A stretch of 64,000 nucleotides of DNA from positions 27,723-91,722 of IMG/VR virus record IMGVR_UViG_3300005613_000025, one strand, 5' to 3'. Positions within the stretch are counted from its first letter, which is position 1; the number at the start of each line of letters is the position of its first letter. The position numbers were made by a program, and so were the translations under genes. The notes under the pieces are model-generated. The model made no database searches, was not told the DNA's origin, and was given only the letters and a program-made list of their open reading frames with translations. Shown piece after piece: positions 51,354 through 61,076 of this stretch. The DNA comes from a virus.

Positions 51354-52292
51354 ATGACGCAATCACAAATGTCTCAAGAAGAATACCTTAGACAACACCT
51401 TTCAGGTATTCCAAACAACACACAGAATAAAATGGACGATTTTGTAAAGAATGTAAATTCTGAAAAGAAATCCGGATCAAGAACTGAAGATCTTCAATAC
51501 CTGAGTTTTGATATAAAACAACTACCATGTGGTGACTTTTATCCAGAGGGAACTGTTCTAATGGTCAGAGCTGCTCAGGTAAGAGAAATACAATCATATT
51601 CAATGGTCGATGATAATAACTTTTATGATGTTGTAGATAAAATGAATGACATGTTGGCAGCTTGTGTACGGTTGAAAAATCCAGATGGGTCAATTGCAAC
51701 ATACCTTAACATAAAAGACCAAGATAGATTGTATCTTATCTTTTTGATAAGAGAACTTACATTCCAAAAAGGAAATTCACTCACAGTGAAATCAGAATGT
51801 GCATGTGGTAAATTGGTCGAGGTTGAGCTTAAGCGTGAGAACTTTATTTTCCATCAGATAGATGAAAAGTTGGATCAATACTATGATAAAAGAAATGCAT
51901 CATTCTTCTTTGAAACTGTGAATGGTAAAGAATATAGAATGACACCACCTACAATAGGACTTCAAAAATCATTTGCAGACTATATCGTGAAGGAGAATAA
52001 TGAGAAAAGAAAGCCGAATCTAGCATTTCTGAAGATAATTCCTTTTCTGATAGGTGAAAGAAATAATATCACATATGATGGCATCAGATCAAAATTGACA
52101 GAATTTGAGAAAATAGACGATATCAGTTTTCAATTTTTGAATGCGGCAGTTGGTAAAATGACCTTCGGTATCAAAGAACTCAGAAAAACATGTGAGTGTG
52201 GTTTGGAGGTCCACACTGAAATGGCCTTTCCCAACGGAGCGTCAGGTCTTTTCGTTATTCATGATGCCTTTGAAACCCTTATTAAAAAATAA
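51354..52292 (+). CDS. Baseplate hub protein (T4 gp26-like)
   Basis: LPCG.FY, DRLYLIFLIRELT, CxCG twice, PPTIG; tail gene context. Confidence 0.65.
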   Translation: MTQSQMSQEEYLRQHLSGIPNNTQNKMDDFVKNVNSEKKSGSRTEDLQYLSFDIKQLPCGDFYPEGTVLMVRAAQVREIQSYSMVDDNNFYDVVDKMNDMLAACVRLKNPDGSIATYLNIKDQDRLYLIFLIRELTFQKGNSLTVKSECACGKLVEVELKRENFIFHQIDEKLDQYYDKRNASFFFETVNGKEYRMTPPTIGLQKSFADYIVKENNEKRKPNLAFLKIIPFLIGERNNITYDGIRSKLTEFEKIDDISFQFLNAAVGKMTFGIKELRKTCECGLEVHTEMAFPNGASGLFVIHDAFETLIKK

Positions 52293-52512
52293 ACTTCAAA
52301 TACTCAAACATTATTCTGGATTGAATGAACAGGCCATTGATCGATGGCCTTTCTGGCAATACGAAGAGAATATAACAATCATCAATGAGTTGGTAGATGA
52401 GGAAGAGCAAGCGCAGAAGAAACAGCAAGAAGAGCAAGGTCAGTCTATGCCTAATTTCAACCCCTCTTCGTATATGAATCAAATGAACAGTATGGCGAGC
52501 AAGTTCAAGTGA
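52261..52512 (+). CDS. Baseplate hub assembly protein (gp51-like); likely start 52261 or 52264
   Basis: IDRWPFWQYE..INELVDEEEQAQ; overlaps the end of the hub gene. Confidence 0.55.
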   Translation: MMPLKPLLKNKLQILKHYSGLNEQAIDRWPFWQYEENITIINELVDEEEQAQKKQQEEQGQSMPNFNPSSYMNQMNSMASKFK

Positions 52513-52551
52513 TGTCTTTGAGAGGCCTGTTAAATAATAATACATACATGT

Positions 52552-54201
52552 ATGATACTTGATGAAGCGGTTGATATATCTACTAAGAATAATAAAAAGT
52601 TGAAACATTACAAGAATCTCGGATATGATGTTTCAATGGATATTATTTGTGTGAATGTAGAAGATCTACCACGATCGATTTCGATATCTGTAAAGGTCAA
52701 GTGTGATTATTGTGATAAAGTTCATGATAGAAAATTAGTTGACTATAACAGAATAGTTGATAAAAGTGGAAGTGGTAAATATGCATGTTCTCGTAAATGC
52801 GGTGTTTTAAAATTCAAAGAAACAATTGCTGATATTGAAAAGAAACCACATGTGAACAAGGGTAAGAAAATACCACCTGAAAAGCTTGATAAGATAAATG
52901 AAAAACGAAAAAAAACAAATTTAAAAAAGTATGGCACTGAGCATGTATTACAAAATGAAAGTGTCAAAGAAAAGTTTAAAAGAACAAATATCGATAGGTA
53001 TGGTGTTGATAATTATTCAAAAACTCAAGAATTTTTAGAAAAACAACAACAGACCTGTATAGAGAAATATAATGAAAAACACATATCACAAATAGAAAGT
53101 GTCAAAGAGAAAATAAAGAAAACCAATCTCAGTAGATATGGTGTGACGACTACATTACAAACTAAAGAATCGATCGAAAGTAGAAACAGAAAATTCAGAG
53201 ATGAAGAATTCAGAAAGAACTTTGATATAAGTAATGATGAAAATTATATCAAGTATATCGGTGATTCTGTATCATTATTTCTTTGTGATATGAACAAAGG
53301 ACATGAATTTGAGATAAAATATGATAATTATCGAAGTAGAAAGAAGTTCAATATACCGTTATGCACGACATGTTACCCTATTTCAGAGCTCATATCAATA
53401 AAAGAAAGGCAACTAAGTGAATTCATATCAAGTATATATGACGGAGAGATAATATCAAATTATAGGGATAAATTTGAAATAGATATATTTTTACCTGATA
53501 TGAATTTAGGATTTGAGTTCAATGGTTTATATTGGCATTCTGACTCATATAGGCCAAAATCATATCATTTAGATAAGAAAAATCATTTTTTAGACAGAGG
53601 TATTACGATATTCAATATTTGGGAGGATGATTGGACCTATAATAATGAAATTATTCGATCACAGATACAGAATTTACTTAAAAAAAGCAAAAGAATATTT
53701 GCAAGGAAATGTCATGTTCGAAAAATAGACATAAACATCTCAAAAAAATTCTTGAACGAGAATCATATACAAGGATTCAACAGATCGAAAATAAAAGTTG
53801 GTCTTTTCTTTAATAATGAGTTAGTTTCAATTATGACATTTGATAAGTTCGAAGGAAGAAAGAAAATGAAGGATGGTGAGTGGAACTTATCTAGATTCTG
53901 TAACAAGTTAGGTGTTTCTGTTGTAGGTGGTGCATCCAAATTACTGAATTTTTTCATCAATGAATTCGAACCCAAAAGGATCATTTCATATGCTGATAAG
54001 GATTGGTCGAGTGGAAATCTTTATGAAAAGCTTGGATTTGAGAAGGTATATGAAACCAAACCTGACTATAAGTATCTTGTAGGTGATAAAAGAAAACATA
54101 AATCAAATTTTAAAAATTCTTTGACAGGCACAAAAGAGTCACTACTTGATATACCAAAAGTATATGATTGTGGTAAAATGAAATTCGAACTTATCATTTG
54201 A
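52552..54201 (+). CDS. Homing-endonuclease-like protein (Vsr/PD-(D/E)xK-type core with KYG repeats)
   Basis: TNLKKYG repeats, EIDIF..FEFNGLYWHS, IWEDDW, LSRFC. Confidence 0.75.
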   Translation: MILDEAVDISTKNNKKLKHYKNLGYDVSMDIICVNVEDLPRSISISVKVKCDYCDKVHDRKLVDYNRIVDKSGSGKYACSRKCGVLKFKETIADIEKKPHVNKGKKIPPEKLDKINEKRKKTNLKKYGTEHVLQNESVKEKFKRTNIDRYGVDNYSKTQEFLEKQQQTCIEKYNEKHISQIESVKEKIKKTNLSRYGVTTTLQTKESIESRNRKFRDEEFRKNFDISNDENYIKYIGDSVSLFLCDMNKGHEFEIKYDNYRSRKKFNIPLCTTCYPISELISIKERQLSEFISSIYDGEIISNYRDKFEIDIFLPDMNLGFEFNGLYWHSDSYRPKSYHLDKKNHFLDRGITIFNIWEDDWTYNNEIIRSQIQNLLKKSKRIFARKCHVRKIDINISKKFLNENHIQGFNRSKIKVGLFFNNELVSIMTFDKFEGRKKMKDGEWNLSRFCNKLGVSVVGGASKLLNFFINEFEPKRIISYADKDWSSGNLYEKLGFEKVYETKPDYKYLVGDKRKHKSNFKNSLTGTKESLLDIPKVYDCGKMKFELII

Positions 54202-54232
54202 ACATCATTATTGGATAAAATTGAGTTTTTAT

Positions 54233-55072
54233 TTATAATATGGATTCATTTGTTAAGTTTAAATCCTCTAAGATATTTTCGATATTTTCATACTCATAAA
54301 ATGGTATCCTTATTAATTTAATTTTCTTTGATTGACAATATTTGTTTTTAATTCTATCATTTTCTCTCATATATTCTAAGTTTCCCTCCCCAAAATATTC
54401 ATTTTCCACAAAGTGATGTTCACCATCATACTCAATGCACATATTTAATTCCGGTAAATAAAAATCAAATCTCAATTTTTTAACTCTCTTACAATCTTCA
54501 AATTCATAATTTCTTTTGAATGTAATATTCAGATTTTCCAAAAAAAATTTAATTCTATCTTCGCCTCTTGATGTAGAATTACACTGTGAACATCCATGTC
54601 CATATTCATGAAAATAAAGATATTGAGTAAAATCACCGTGATTTGGACAAACTATATTGATAAAACCTTTTGTAACTGATAAATCTTTATACTCGTATTT
54701 ATTATTATGTATCTTTTTGAGATTCTCTAATCTTTCTGAACTTAGTTGAATTAGTTTGTGTTTTTCTCTGGCACATGCATCACATCCTTGTTTCATGTGT
54801 ATATGATTGGTGGCTCTTATTAATATCTCACCGTGATTTGGACAAATTATAATTATTTTACTTCTTACATTTTTGAATTCAGTTTTTGAATAATCGAATT
54901 TATTCCCATGTATTTCTATGCAGTTATTAATGAATTCTTTTTGTTTTAGCCTTTTCATCTTTAATTTTTTGTCTTTTTCTATAAGTCTGTTCCATTCTTT
55001 TACAAGATCCATTACAATATTTTTTGTCTGTTCTTCCACTAAGAATTGAATTATTACAATTTCTATATTCAC
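54233..55072 (-). CDS. Homing-endonuclease-like protein (zinc-finger repeats plus Vsr-like domain)
   Basis: ICPNHG..GC..C twice, RFDFYLP..IEYDGEHH..D..KN. Confidence 0.8.
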   Translation of the reverse strand: MNIEIVIIQFLVEEQTKNIVMDLVKEWNRLIEKDKKLKMKRLKQKEFINNCIEIHGNKFDYSKTEFKNVRSKIIIICPNHGEILIRATNHIHMKQGCDACAREKHKLIQLSSERLENLKKIHNNKYEYKDLSVTKGFINIVCPNHGDFTQYLYFHEYGHGCSQCNSTSRGEDRIKFFLENLNITFKRNYEFEDCKRVKKLRFDFYLPELNMCIEYDGEHHFVENEYFGEGNLEYMRENDRIKNKYCQSKKIKLIRIPFYEYENIENILEDLNLTNESIL

Positions 55073-55216
55073 ATACTTTCATATAATATATATTAGATTG
55101 TATGTCTCCTTTTTGAAAAAAGTCATTTTTTTTATAGAATATATAATAGAGACATATATAAAAAAGATATATAAATTATAACTATTAAATAGTTAAAAAA
55201 AATTATAAAAAAAAGA

Positions 55217-55843
55217 ATGTGCCCATTACCACACTTTACTCAACTTCAGATGACCGGTAGTCCTGGTGGACCAGGTACTAATCCGCAAGAACCAATATAC
55301 CAGAATTTATTTGAGATAACATTCATCTTACCGACCATATTACAAGCACAAGGTCGAGATCCTGTTCTTTTATTACAACAGGCAACTAAAATTGACCTTG
55401 AAAAGACAAATAAGGATATAGGTGTGAAGGACCAAAGATTCAAGTACACCACAAGAGCATTCTTGGAAGCAGGTCCTGCTGAAACACACATTTCCGACCT
55501 TTCAATAAGTTTCAATGTGAACCAGAACCAACAAGGATCAATGGAAGTTTGGAATACACTGAGAGCTTGGTATGACCTTGCTTGGAACTCACAGAACGGT
55601 TTCATCAGTTATAAGGCATCAACAATCGGAACTATTATTGTGAACCAACATGATAAACAAGGACTTGTTCTTAGAAGAGTAACATTTAAGAACTGTCAGT
55701 TGAAATCTGTTACATCTCCAAGTATGGATTGGGGATCGAAGGATATATTCAGTGCTGATGCTACATTCGTGGCTGATTACTGGATTGACGAGTATATTGA
55801 TAACAACTTTACAGTTTCTCCACCATTTATTGCTGGATACTAA
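55217..55843 (+). CDS. Tail tube protein (T4 gp19-like)
   Basis: EPIYQNLFEITF, W.TLRAWYD, terminal FVADYW; located next to baseplate genes. Confidence 0.7.
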   Translation: MCPLPHFTQLQMTGSPGGPGTNPQEPIYQNLFEITFILPTILQAQGRDPVLLLQQATKIDLEKTNKDIGVKDQRFKYTTRAFLEAGPAETHISDLSISFNVNQNQQGSMEVWNTLRAWYDLAWNSQNGFISYKASTIGTIIVNQHDKQGLVLRRVTFKNCQLKSVTSPSMDWGSKDIFSADATFVADYWIDEYIDNNFTVSPPFIAGY

Positions 55844-55873
55844 TCCTCATATAATTTTTCTCATATAAATTAA

Positions 55874-57409
55874 ATGATGGATTTCAATAAGATGACAAAG
55901 GAAGAAATATTTCTTTTTTGTAAGAAAAGAAATTTCAAAATACCTGATACTGATATTCATGATATCATAGATAAAAAATATGATTTTGACATTTCTTGGA
56001 AAGCAAAGTTATATCTTTATGTTAATGATAATGACTCACCAAATAAATGTTATTGTGGTAAATTCACAAAGTTCATATCAACAACAAAGGGATTTCGCGA
56101 ATTCTGCTCGCCTAAATGTGCCAGAAATTCAAAAAAGGTAAAGGATAAAATAAATGATACAGTGAAAAGGAAATATGGTGTCGATAATGTGATGATGTCT
56201 GATACCATTAAAGAAAATTATAAGAATGCAATTCTTTCAAAATATGGTGTTGATAACATTTCAAAGATAAGATCTGTAAAGCAAAAAAAACAGGAAAAAA
56301 TGTTATCTAAGTATGGAGTTAAATATAATTCACAGAGACCAGATGTTAAGAAGTCACTTTCAAACAAAATGTCTGAGTATAATAATAACAGTAATACACA
56401 TAGACATATTGACCATTGGGTTTCAAAGTTGAATAATTTAGGACTCACATTCTCATCAAAAGAAGTTGGATCGATAATTGAAATTGAGTGTCCAGCAAAA
56501 AAACACCTATTTAAAATTCACAAAACCACATTCAATGATAGGATTTTGAATGGAACACCGATATGCACGGTCTGTAATCCAGTAAACGACTTCAAATCGC
56601 ACAAAGAAATTGAGGTTTATAATTTTATCAGTGATGTATATAACGGTGAAATAATTCAATCATATAGAGATGGTTTGGAAGTTGATATCTACATACCAGA
56701 GTTAAAATTAGGATTTGAATTCAATGGATTATATTGGCATTCAGAAATATACAAGGATAAAAATTACCATAAGAACAAATCAGAGTATTTTAAGGAGAAA
56801 GGAATACGAATAATTCACATATGGGAGGATGATTGGATATATAGTAGAAATATAATAGAAAATCAAATAAAAAACTTAATTGGACTCTCAGATAAAATAT
56901 ATGCGAGAAAATGCCAAGTAAAAAAATTAAGTGAGGTTAATGTTGTTAGAGAATTTTTAAACAAAAATCACATACAAGGTTTTGTAGCTTCTAAAGTGAA
57001 GATAGGACTATATCATGGTGATTGCTTAGTATCAGTAATGACATTTGATAAATTCGAGGGCAGGAAGAAAATGATGGATGGTGAGTGGAATCTATCTAGG
57101 TTTTGTAATTTGAGTGGTTATTCTGTGGTCGGTGGATTTTCTAAGTTACTGAAATTTTTCATTGATAATGAAAATGTCAACAGAGTAATATCCTATTCTG
57201 ATTCATCATGGAGTTATGGCCATGTTTACCGGAAAAATAGATTTTCAATACAAAGTTTGATCAGACCTGATTATAAGTATATAGTTGACAATAAGAGACT
57301 CAATAAGTCATCATTTCGGAAATCCATGACCGGTATATCAGAGAATAAACTTGATTTCAATAAAATATGGGATTGTGGTAAAATAAAGTGGTGTTTAGAC
57401 TTAAAGTAA
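55874..57409 (+). CDS. Homing-endonuclease-like protein, paralog of 52552..54201
   Basis: KYGVDN repeats, FEFNGLYWHS, IWEDDW, WNLSRFC, WDCGK. Confidence 0.75.
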   Translation: MMDFNKMTKEEIFLFCKKRNFKIPDTDIHDIIDKKYDFDISWKAKLYLYVNDNDSPNKCYCGKFTKFISTTKGFREFCSPKCARNSKKVKDKINDTVKRKYGVDNVMMSDTIKENYKNAILSKYGVDNISKIRSVKQKKQEKMLSKYGVKYNSQRPDVKKSLSNKMSEYNNNSNTHRHIDHWVSKLNNLGLTFSSKEVGSIIEIECPAKKHLFKIHKTTFNDRILNGTPICTVCNPVNDFKSHKEIEVYNFISDVYNGEIIQSYRDGLEVDIYIPELKLGFEFNGLYWHSEIYKDKNYHKNKSEYFKEKGIRIIHIWEDDWIYSRNIIENQIKNLIGLSDKIYARKCQVKKLSEVNVVREFLNKNHIQGFVASKVKIGLYHGDCLVSVMTFDKFEGRKKMMDGEWNLSRFCNLSGYSVVGGFSKLLKFFIDNENVNRVISYSDSSWSYGHVYRKNRFSIQSLIRPDYKYIVDNKRLNKSSFRKSMTGISENKLDFNKIWDCGKIKWCLDLK

Positions 57410-57434
57410 AAAGACCTCATACGAGGTCTTTTTT
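57408..57434. terminator. Bidirectional intrinsic terminator
   Basis: AAAAAGACCTC-ATAC-GAGGTCTTTTT between convergent genes. Confidence 0.75.
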
Positions 57435-58298
57435 CATTTCAACATCTTTTCCGAAAACGACCACATCAACCTTATTTTCAATCTTCATCAAAGGTGGTAG
57501 ATCAACTGAATCAACAACCCATCTTTCGATCATCAGATCGGGATCCTTTCTTGCGATGTGTTTCTTTGGCAATTTTTCCAACTCATCAGTAGTGAATTTT
57601 CTCAGAATTCGTTTTCTTTGAACATATGTGCCTCTTTTGAAAAATGCGGGATAATCATTCCAATTCACACCCTTTTCAAACAACATTTCCTGTTTTTCAC
57701 TACCATTCTTCTTGTCGAGTTGTTTGTGTGAATAAAATGAAGATGCTGCCATTGTGATCGAGTTCTTAGTAGCATCTTTTTCTCTCCACAAAAATGTGTT
57801 AACAGCTTCATCCAAAGTTGGAACATTGAAAACCCTGCAATCAAATCTTGGCCATTTGTCAGACTTCTCAGGTAGATATTCTACCAACTTCTTATTGAAG
57901 AAAACTGAAGCCATTGCAGAAAGATCAGAAACCATCTTGAAATATCTACCATCAAAGTAAATAGATGATTTTGGATCATCAACATACCACATAAGAGTGA
58001 TCTCATCACTTTGTGTGTAACCACAATTTGCGTTTGTTTCTTTCACAAGGTACTTTGTGAGTTCGATCATCAACATGGACAATCTTTCATCATAAGGTCT
58101 TTTCAATCCTTTTGTGAATTTTGAGAATCCTTTACCATCTAATCTGGCAATTACTGGAATTCGTGGAAGTAATTTGATTCCACAAGTTTGGTTCTCGTAA
58201 AACTTCATACGGTCCCCGAAGAGGTCTTTTTCTTTTTTCATATCTTTTTTCTTTTTTTTCTCAAATCTCTTTGAAATTTTTTCACCACCTTTTGACAA
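57417..58298 (-). CDS. tRNA(His) guanylyltransferase Thg1-like protein
   Basis: RMKFYE, RLDGKGFSKFT, YTQSDEI, FDCR, WREKDATKNS, KRG. Confidence 0.93.
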   Translation of the reverse strand: MSKGGEKISKRFEKKKKKDMKKEKDLFGDRMKFYENQTCGIKLLPRIPVIARLDGKGFSKFTKGLKRPYDERLSMLMIELTKYLVKETNANCGYTQSDEITLMWYVDDPKSSIYFDGRYFKMVSDLSAMASVFFNKKLVEYLPEKSDKWPRFDCRVFNVPTLDEAVNTFLWREKDATKNSITMAASSFYSHKQLDKKNGSEKQEMLFEKGVNWNDYPAFFKRGTYVQRKRILRKFTTDELEKLPKKHIARKDPDLMIERWVVDSVDLPPLMKIENKVDVVVFGKDVEMKKDLV

Positions 58299-58446
58299 AG
58301 AAAAATGATATGTTTATTAAATTATTTTATCGTTACAAATATAAGAAGTTTTTTTGAATTATGAAAATTATTGATAAATTCTTTCCTCTATCATTTTCAA
58401 AAACTTTGAATCTTGATTAATGCTCATTGAATTTAAGTAACATTGA

Positions 58447-58812
58447 CTATATATTAAATTTAATTCTATATTTCCATATAAGATTATTGAACTCTGTTTC
58501 AATCGATTCTGGTAAGACAATACCATATTCTTTGAATGTTTCATATATCTCATATTTTGTGAATGTTCCTTCCCCGATTCCTTGACACCACATATCACAC
58601 CAAAGACCCCATCCTTTTTTACCCATCATGACACCATAAAGTAGATTAGGATGACAAGTTTTAGGAATTCCAGTTTTCTTGAAAAGTCCATTTTCATATT
58701 CTTTGAAAGCAACTTTACCATCTGATGAGTTTGGATCATACTCTATCTTTATTTCAGAACCACAAAATGTGATAAGTCCTGATCGATAAAGCTTCAGATA
58801 AAATGAAAACAT
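58447..58812 (-). CDS. Hypothetical protein
   Basis: ORF downstream of the tRNA cluster; start uncertain. Confidence 0.5.
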   Translation of the reverse strand: MFSFYLKLYRSGLITFCGSEIKIEYDPNSSDGKVAFKEYENGLFKKTGIPKTCHPNLLYGVMMGKKGWGLWCDMWCQGIGEGTFTKYEIYETFKEYGIVLPESIETEFNNLIWKYRIKFNI

Positions 58813-58941
58813 CTTATTGAATTTTTCCTTGTGATTACTTCTTTTGCGTTGTTTTCTTGATCCAACACGCTTTTTTGTTTGTTCTATTCTTTTTAGCTTA
58901 TCGCCCCCAAGTCTTCCATGATTTCTTTGATTTTACTTTTG

Positions 58942-59017
58942 TGGAGGTTATGGAATTCGAATCCATCTGATTTCCGCTTTGCAAAAGCGGTGACCACTCC
59001 AAGCAGTCCCAACCCCC
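58942..59017 (-). tRNA. tRNA-Ala(UGC)
   Basis: Acceptor GGGGGTT/AACCTCC with G3:U70; anticodon arm CCGCT-TTTGCAA-AGCGG; TTCGAAT T-loop. Confidence 0.92.
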
Positions 59018-59022
59018 TTATT

Positions 59023-59097
59023 TGGAGCAAAATGTGGGATTCGAACCCCGTCCCCGCATTGGAAGTGCGGTGCTTTGCCAGTTAAGCTACATCTTGC
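59023..59097 (-). tRNA. tRNA-Gly(UCC), encoded CCA
   Basis: CCGCA-CTTCCAA-TGCGG; U73 discriminator; 8-9 bp acceptor with a short T-stem. Confidence 0.9.
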
Positions 59098-59107
59098 TTA
59101 TTATCAG

Positions 59108-59188
59108 TAGGCGAGGTGGGATTTGAACCCACGTTTCCAACGTACCACTACGAATATCCAAGGTATAAGCTTGGCTCGGTACTCGCCC
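59108..59188 (-). tRNA. Non-canonical D-armless tRNA-Ile(UAU)-like RNA
   Basis: GGGCGAG/CTCGCCT acceptor, CCAAG-CTTATAC-CTTGG arm, GTGGG-TTCAAAT-CCCAC T-arm; only 7 nt where the D-arm should be. Confidence 0.7.
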
Positions 59189-59190
59189 AT

Positions 59191-59224
59191 AAAAAAACCC
59201 AGTCAAACTAAGTCTGACTGGGTT
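59191..59224 (-). terminator. Intrinsic terminator/attenuator immediately upstream of the Ile-Gly-Ala tRNAs
   Basis: AACCCAGTCAGAC-TTA-GTTTGACTGGGTT plus T-run on the minus strand. Confidence 0.85.
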
Positions 59225-59251
59225 ACATTAATTCTTTAACTTTGAATTACT

Positions 59252-59323
59252 TTACATAACACAGCCATTGACTGACGCTCCCGCGCCGCCTCCGATTATC
59301 GCTATGTTAGTTATTGTTTTCAT
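59252..59323 (-). CDS. Leader peptide MKTITNIAIIGGGAGASVNGCVM (Ile/Gly/Ala-sensing)
   Basis: Read manually; 3 ATA, 2 GGA and 3 GCG codons; lies between promoter motifs and the terminator. Confidence 0.8.
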   Translation of the reverse strand: MKTITNIAIIGGGAGASVNGCVM

Positions 59324-59398
59324 TGTTAATTATATTATCTATATATTAAAAAGTTTTTCTCTCTTTTTTCTTTCTTTTACAAAAGTAAGGATTATTTT

Positions 59399-59653
59399 TT
59401 AAACTGCCAATTTTAGTTTTGTGATCAATTCATTTTTCATTTTTTCAATATCACTTTCATTCTCAATTTCTACATATGAACATCGTCTTGATACTTTAAA
59501 GGCTGATACTTTTACTTTATCGTCTTCCAAAGAAACATAAACTGAGTTTCCTTTTTTATTTTGAAATCCAATGTAAACTGGATTTAAACCAGGTGTGTTT
59601 TGAAATCCAAGATTAATAACTTCGAGTACTGTAAGTGCAAATAGATTTTTCAT
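59399..59653 (-). CDS. Hypothetical protein
   Basis: ORF behind TATATTTG at 59670-59677. Confidence 0.6.
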   Translation of the reverse strand: MKNLFALTVLEVINLGFQNTPGLNPVYIGFQNKKGNSVYVSLEDDKVKVSAFKVSRRCSYVEIENESDIEKMKNELITKLKLAV

Positions 59654-59784
59654 GTTTGTTTTATTTCAACAAATATAAGGATAACTTTTCAATTAACCAA
59701 TTATTTCCGAGGAACCATCTATTCTGATAAACAAGGTCGTTTATTTCTATTGTAACTATTTACATTTCTTTAATTGTTTTTGTT

Positions 59785-60096
59785 TTATGGTCTTCCGCTA
59801 TGATTTGTGTGAAAATCGTTCTTTTCATATTTGAATTCTAGCCAACTTCCTTCTCTTTGATCATGTTTCATTTCAACAGAAGTCCACCCAGCTTGTAGAT
59901 AACTATCTCTGATGAAATTAAAGTGAGAGCCATTCATACCACTTAAACCACTCAAACCACTCAAAGAAATAACACAATGAATTCCATTAGATCTGTATAT
60001 TCCTTTTTTGGTTCTGATTATCCTATCAATAACCTCTTCATATTTCTTAGCCTCTTCTCTAAGTTCTTCATTTAATTCTTCGGGTCTTACTGCCAT
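59785..60096 (-). CDS. Hypothetical protein
   Basis: ORF behind TATATTTG at 60112-60119. Confidence 0.65.
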   Translation of the reverse strand: MAVRPEELNEELREEAKKYEEVIDRIIRTKKGIYRSNGIHCVISLSGLSGLSGMNGSHFNFIRDSYLQAGWTSVEMKHDQREGSWLEFKYEKNDFHTNHSGRP

Positions 60097-60122
60097 TTTC
60101 TCTAATTTTTACAAATATAATC

Positions 60123-60326
60123 TTATTTAATTATTAACCAAAAAATAAAAGTTAAAATAGTATAGGATATGAATCCAGTTATCACTTTTGATATCCTACT
60201 GTCATTTTTGGAAGTGTTTATCCTTTCACCAAATGGCGTAAATATTTTATCATTATCTAATCCAAATGATAGAAAATATGATAACACCAAACCAACAATT
60301 GTCCATATAATAAATCCAATTAACAT
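60123..60326 (-). CDS. Small two-TM membrane protein
   Basis: Two hydrophobic helices. Confidence 0.6.
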   Translation of the reverse strand: MLIGFIIWTIVGLVLSYFLSFGLDNDKIFTPFGERINTSKNDSRISKVITGFISYTILTFIFWLIIK

Positions 60327-60338
60327 TTTTCTAAATTT

Positions 60339-61076
60339 TTAACATTGATAACTTTTTCTTAATTCATTTGAAACAATCTCAAAATATCTTGATCTCAATA
60401 ATTTCAAATAAGTTTCATTATCCATTCCATAGTTTCCAATAGCCCACATGTCATTATATTCAATAACAACATTTTCACCACTTTCTAAAATACCTACATC
60501 AATTGTATATGCTGTTGGAAACTTATCTTCATTCTTATAAACAACCTCTAAAAGTTCGATTTCGTCCGGAAAAGTAAAAATATTACCGGAATAGTTTCGT
60601 ATGTCAATTACTTTATCTCGATAAATATAACACCTCCATTCAGATTCAATAGGTGAATAAAATGGTTTATATGCCATAACCTTTGTATCATCAGGTATAT
60701 TGGAAATCGAAGTATAAATAGATTCATCAATCACAAACCCTGTGAATAATTTGATATCAAATGGTTTGATAAATAGTTTTTCACCTGATTTGGATCTATC
60801 TTTGGCTTGTTTTAGAGTTATGGTTTCAAATTTTCTGTTTGAATTTTCCGGCAACCGAACATCACTCAATCCAATTCTTGAAAAGACCATGTTCATGAAC
60901 TCAACCGAACCAACAAATAGATTATTTCTTATTAGATTGTCAAATCTACCACTTTCAACTTCTTCAAATGTTACGAATTTATAACTTTGAGCAGTATCTA
61001 TTGCTCCATACATTGCACAAGCAACATCAAAATGATGTGGTAGTTTCTTATCTGAATCTGATTGTAAGTATATCAT
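60339..61076 (-). CDS. ATP-grasp domain protein (R2K/DUF4343-like)
   Basis: FIKP..KLFTG, EWRCYI, YTIDVG..VIEYND..GNYG. Confidence 0.85.
   Translation of the reverse strand: MIYLQSDSDKKLPHHFDVACAMYGAIDTAQSYKFVTFEEVESGRFDNLIRNNLFVGSVEFMNMVFSRIGLSDVRLPENSNRKFETITLKQAKDRSKSGEKLFIKPFDIKLFTGFVIDESIYTSISNIPDDTKVMAYKPFYSPIESEWRCYIYRDKVIDIRNYSGNIFTFPDEIELLEVVYKNEDKFPTAYTIDVGILESGENVVIEYNDMWAIGNYGMDNETYLKLLRSRYFEIVSNELRKSYQC

Noticed and set aside
52192-52292. Programmed -1 frameshift between the hub gene and the next ORF
   Set aside because: The second ORF is in the +1 frame and has its own ATGs at 52261 and 52264; a simple overlap explains it.
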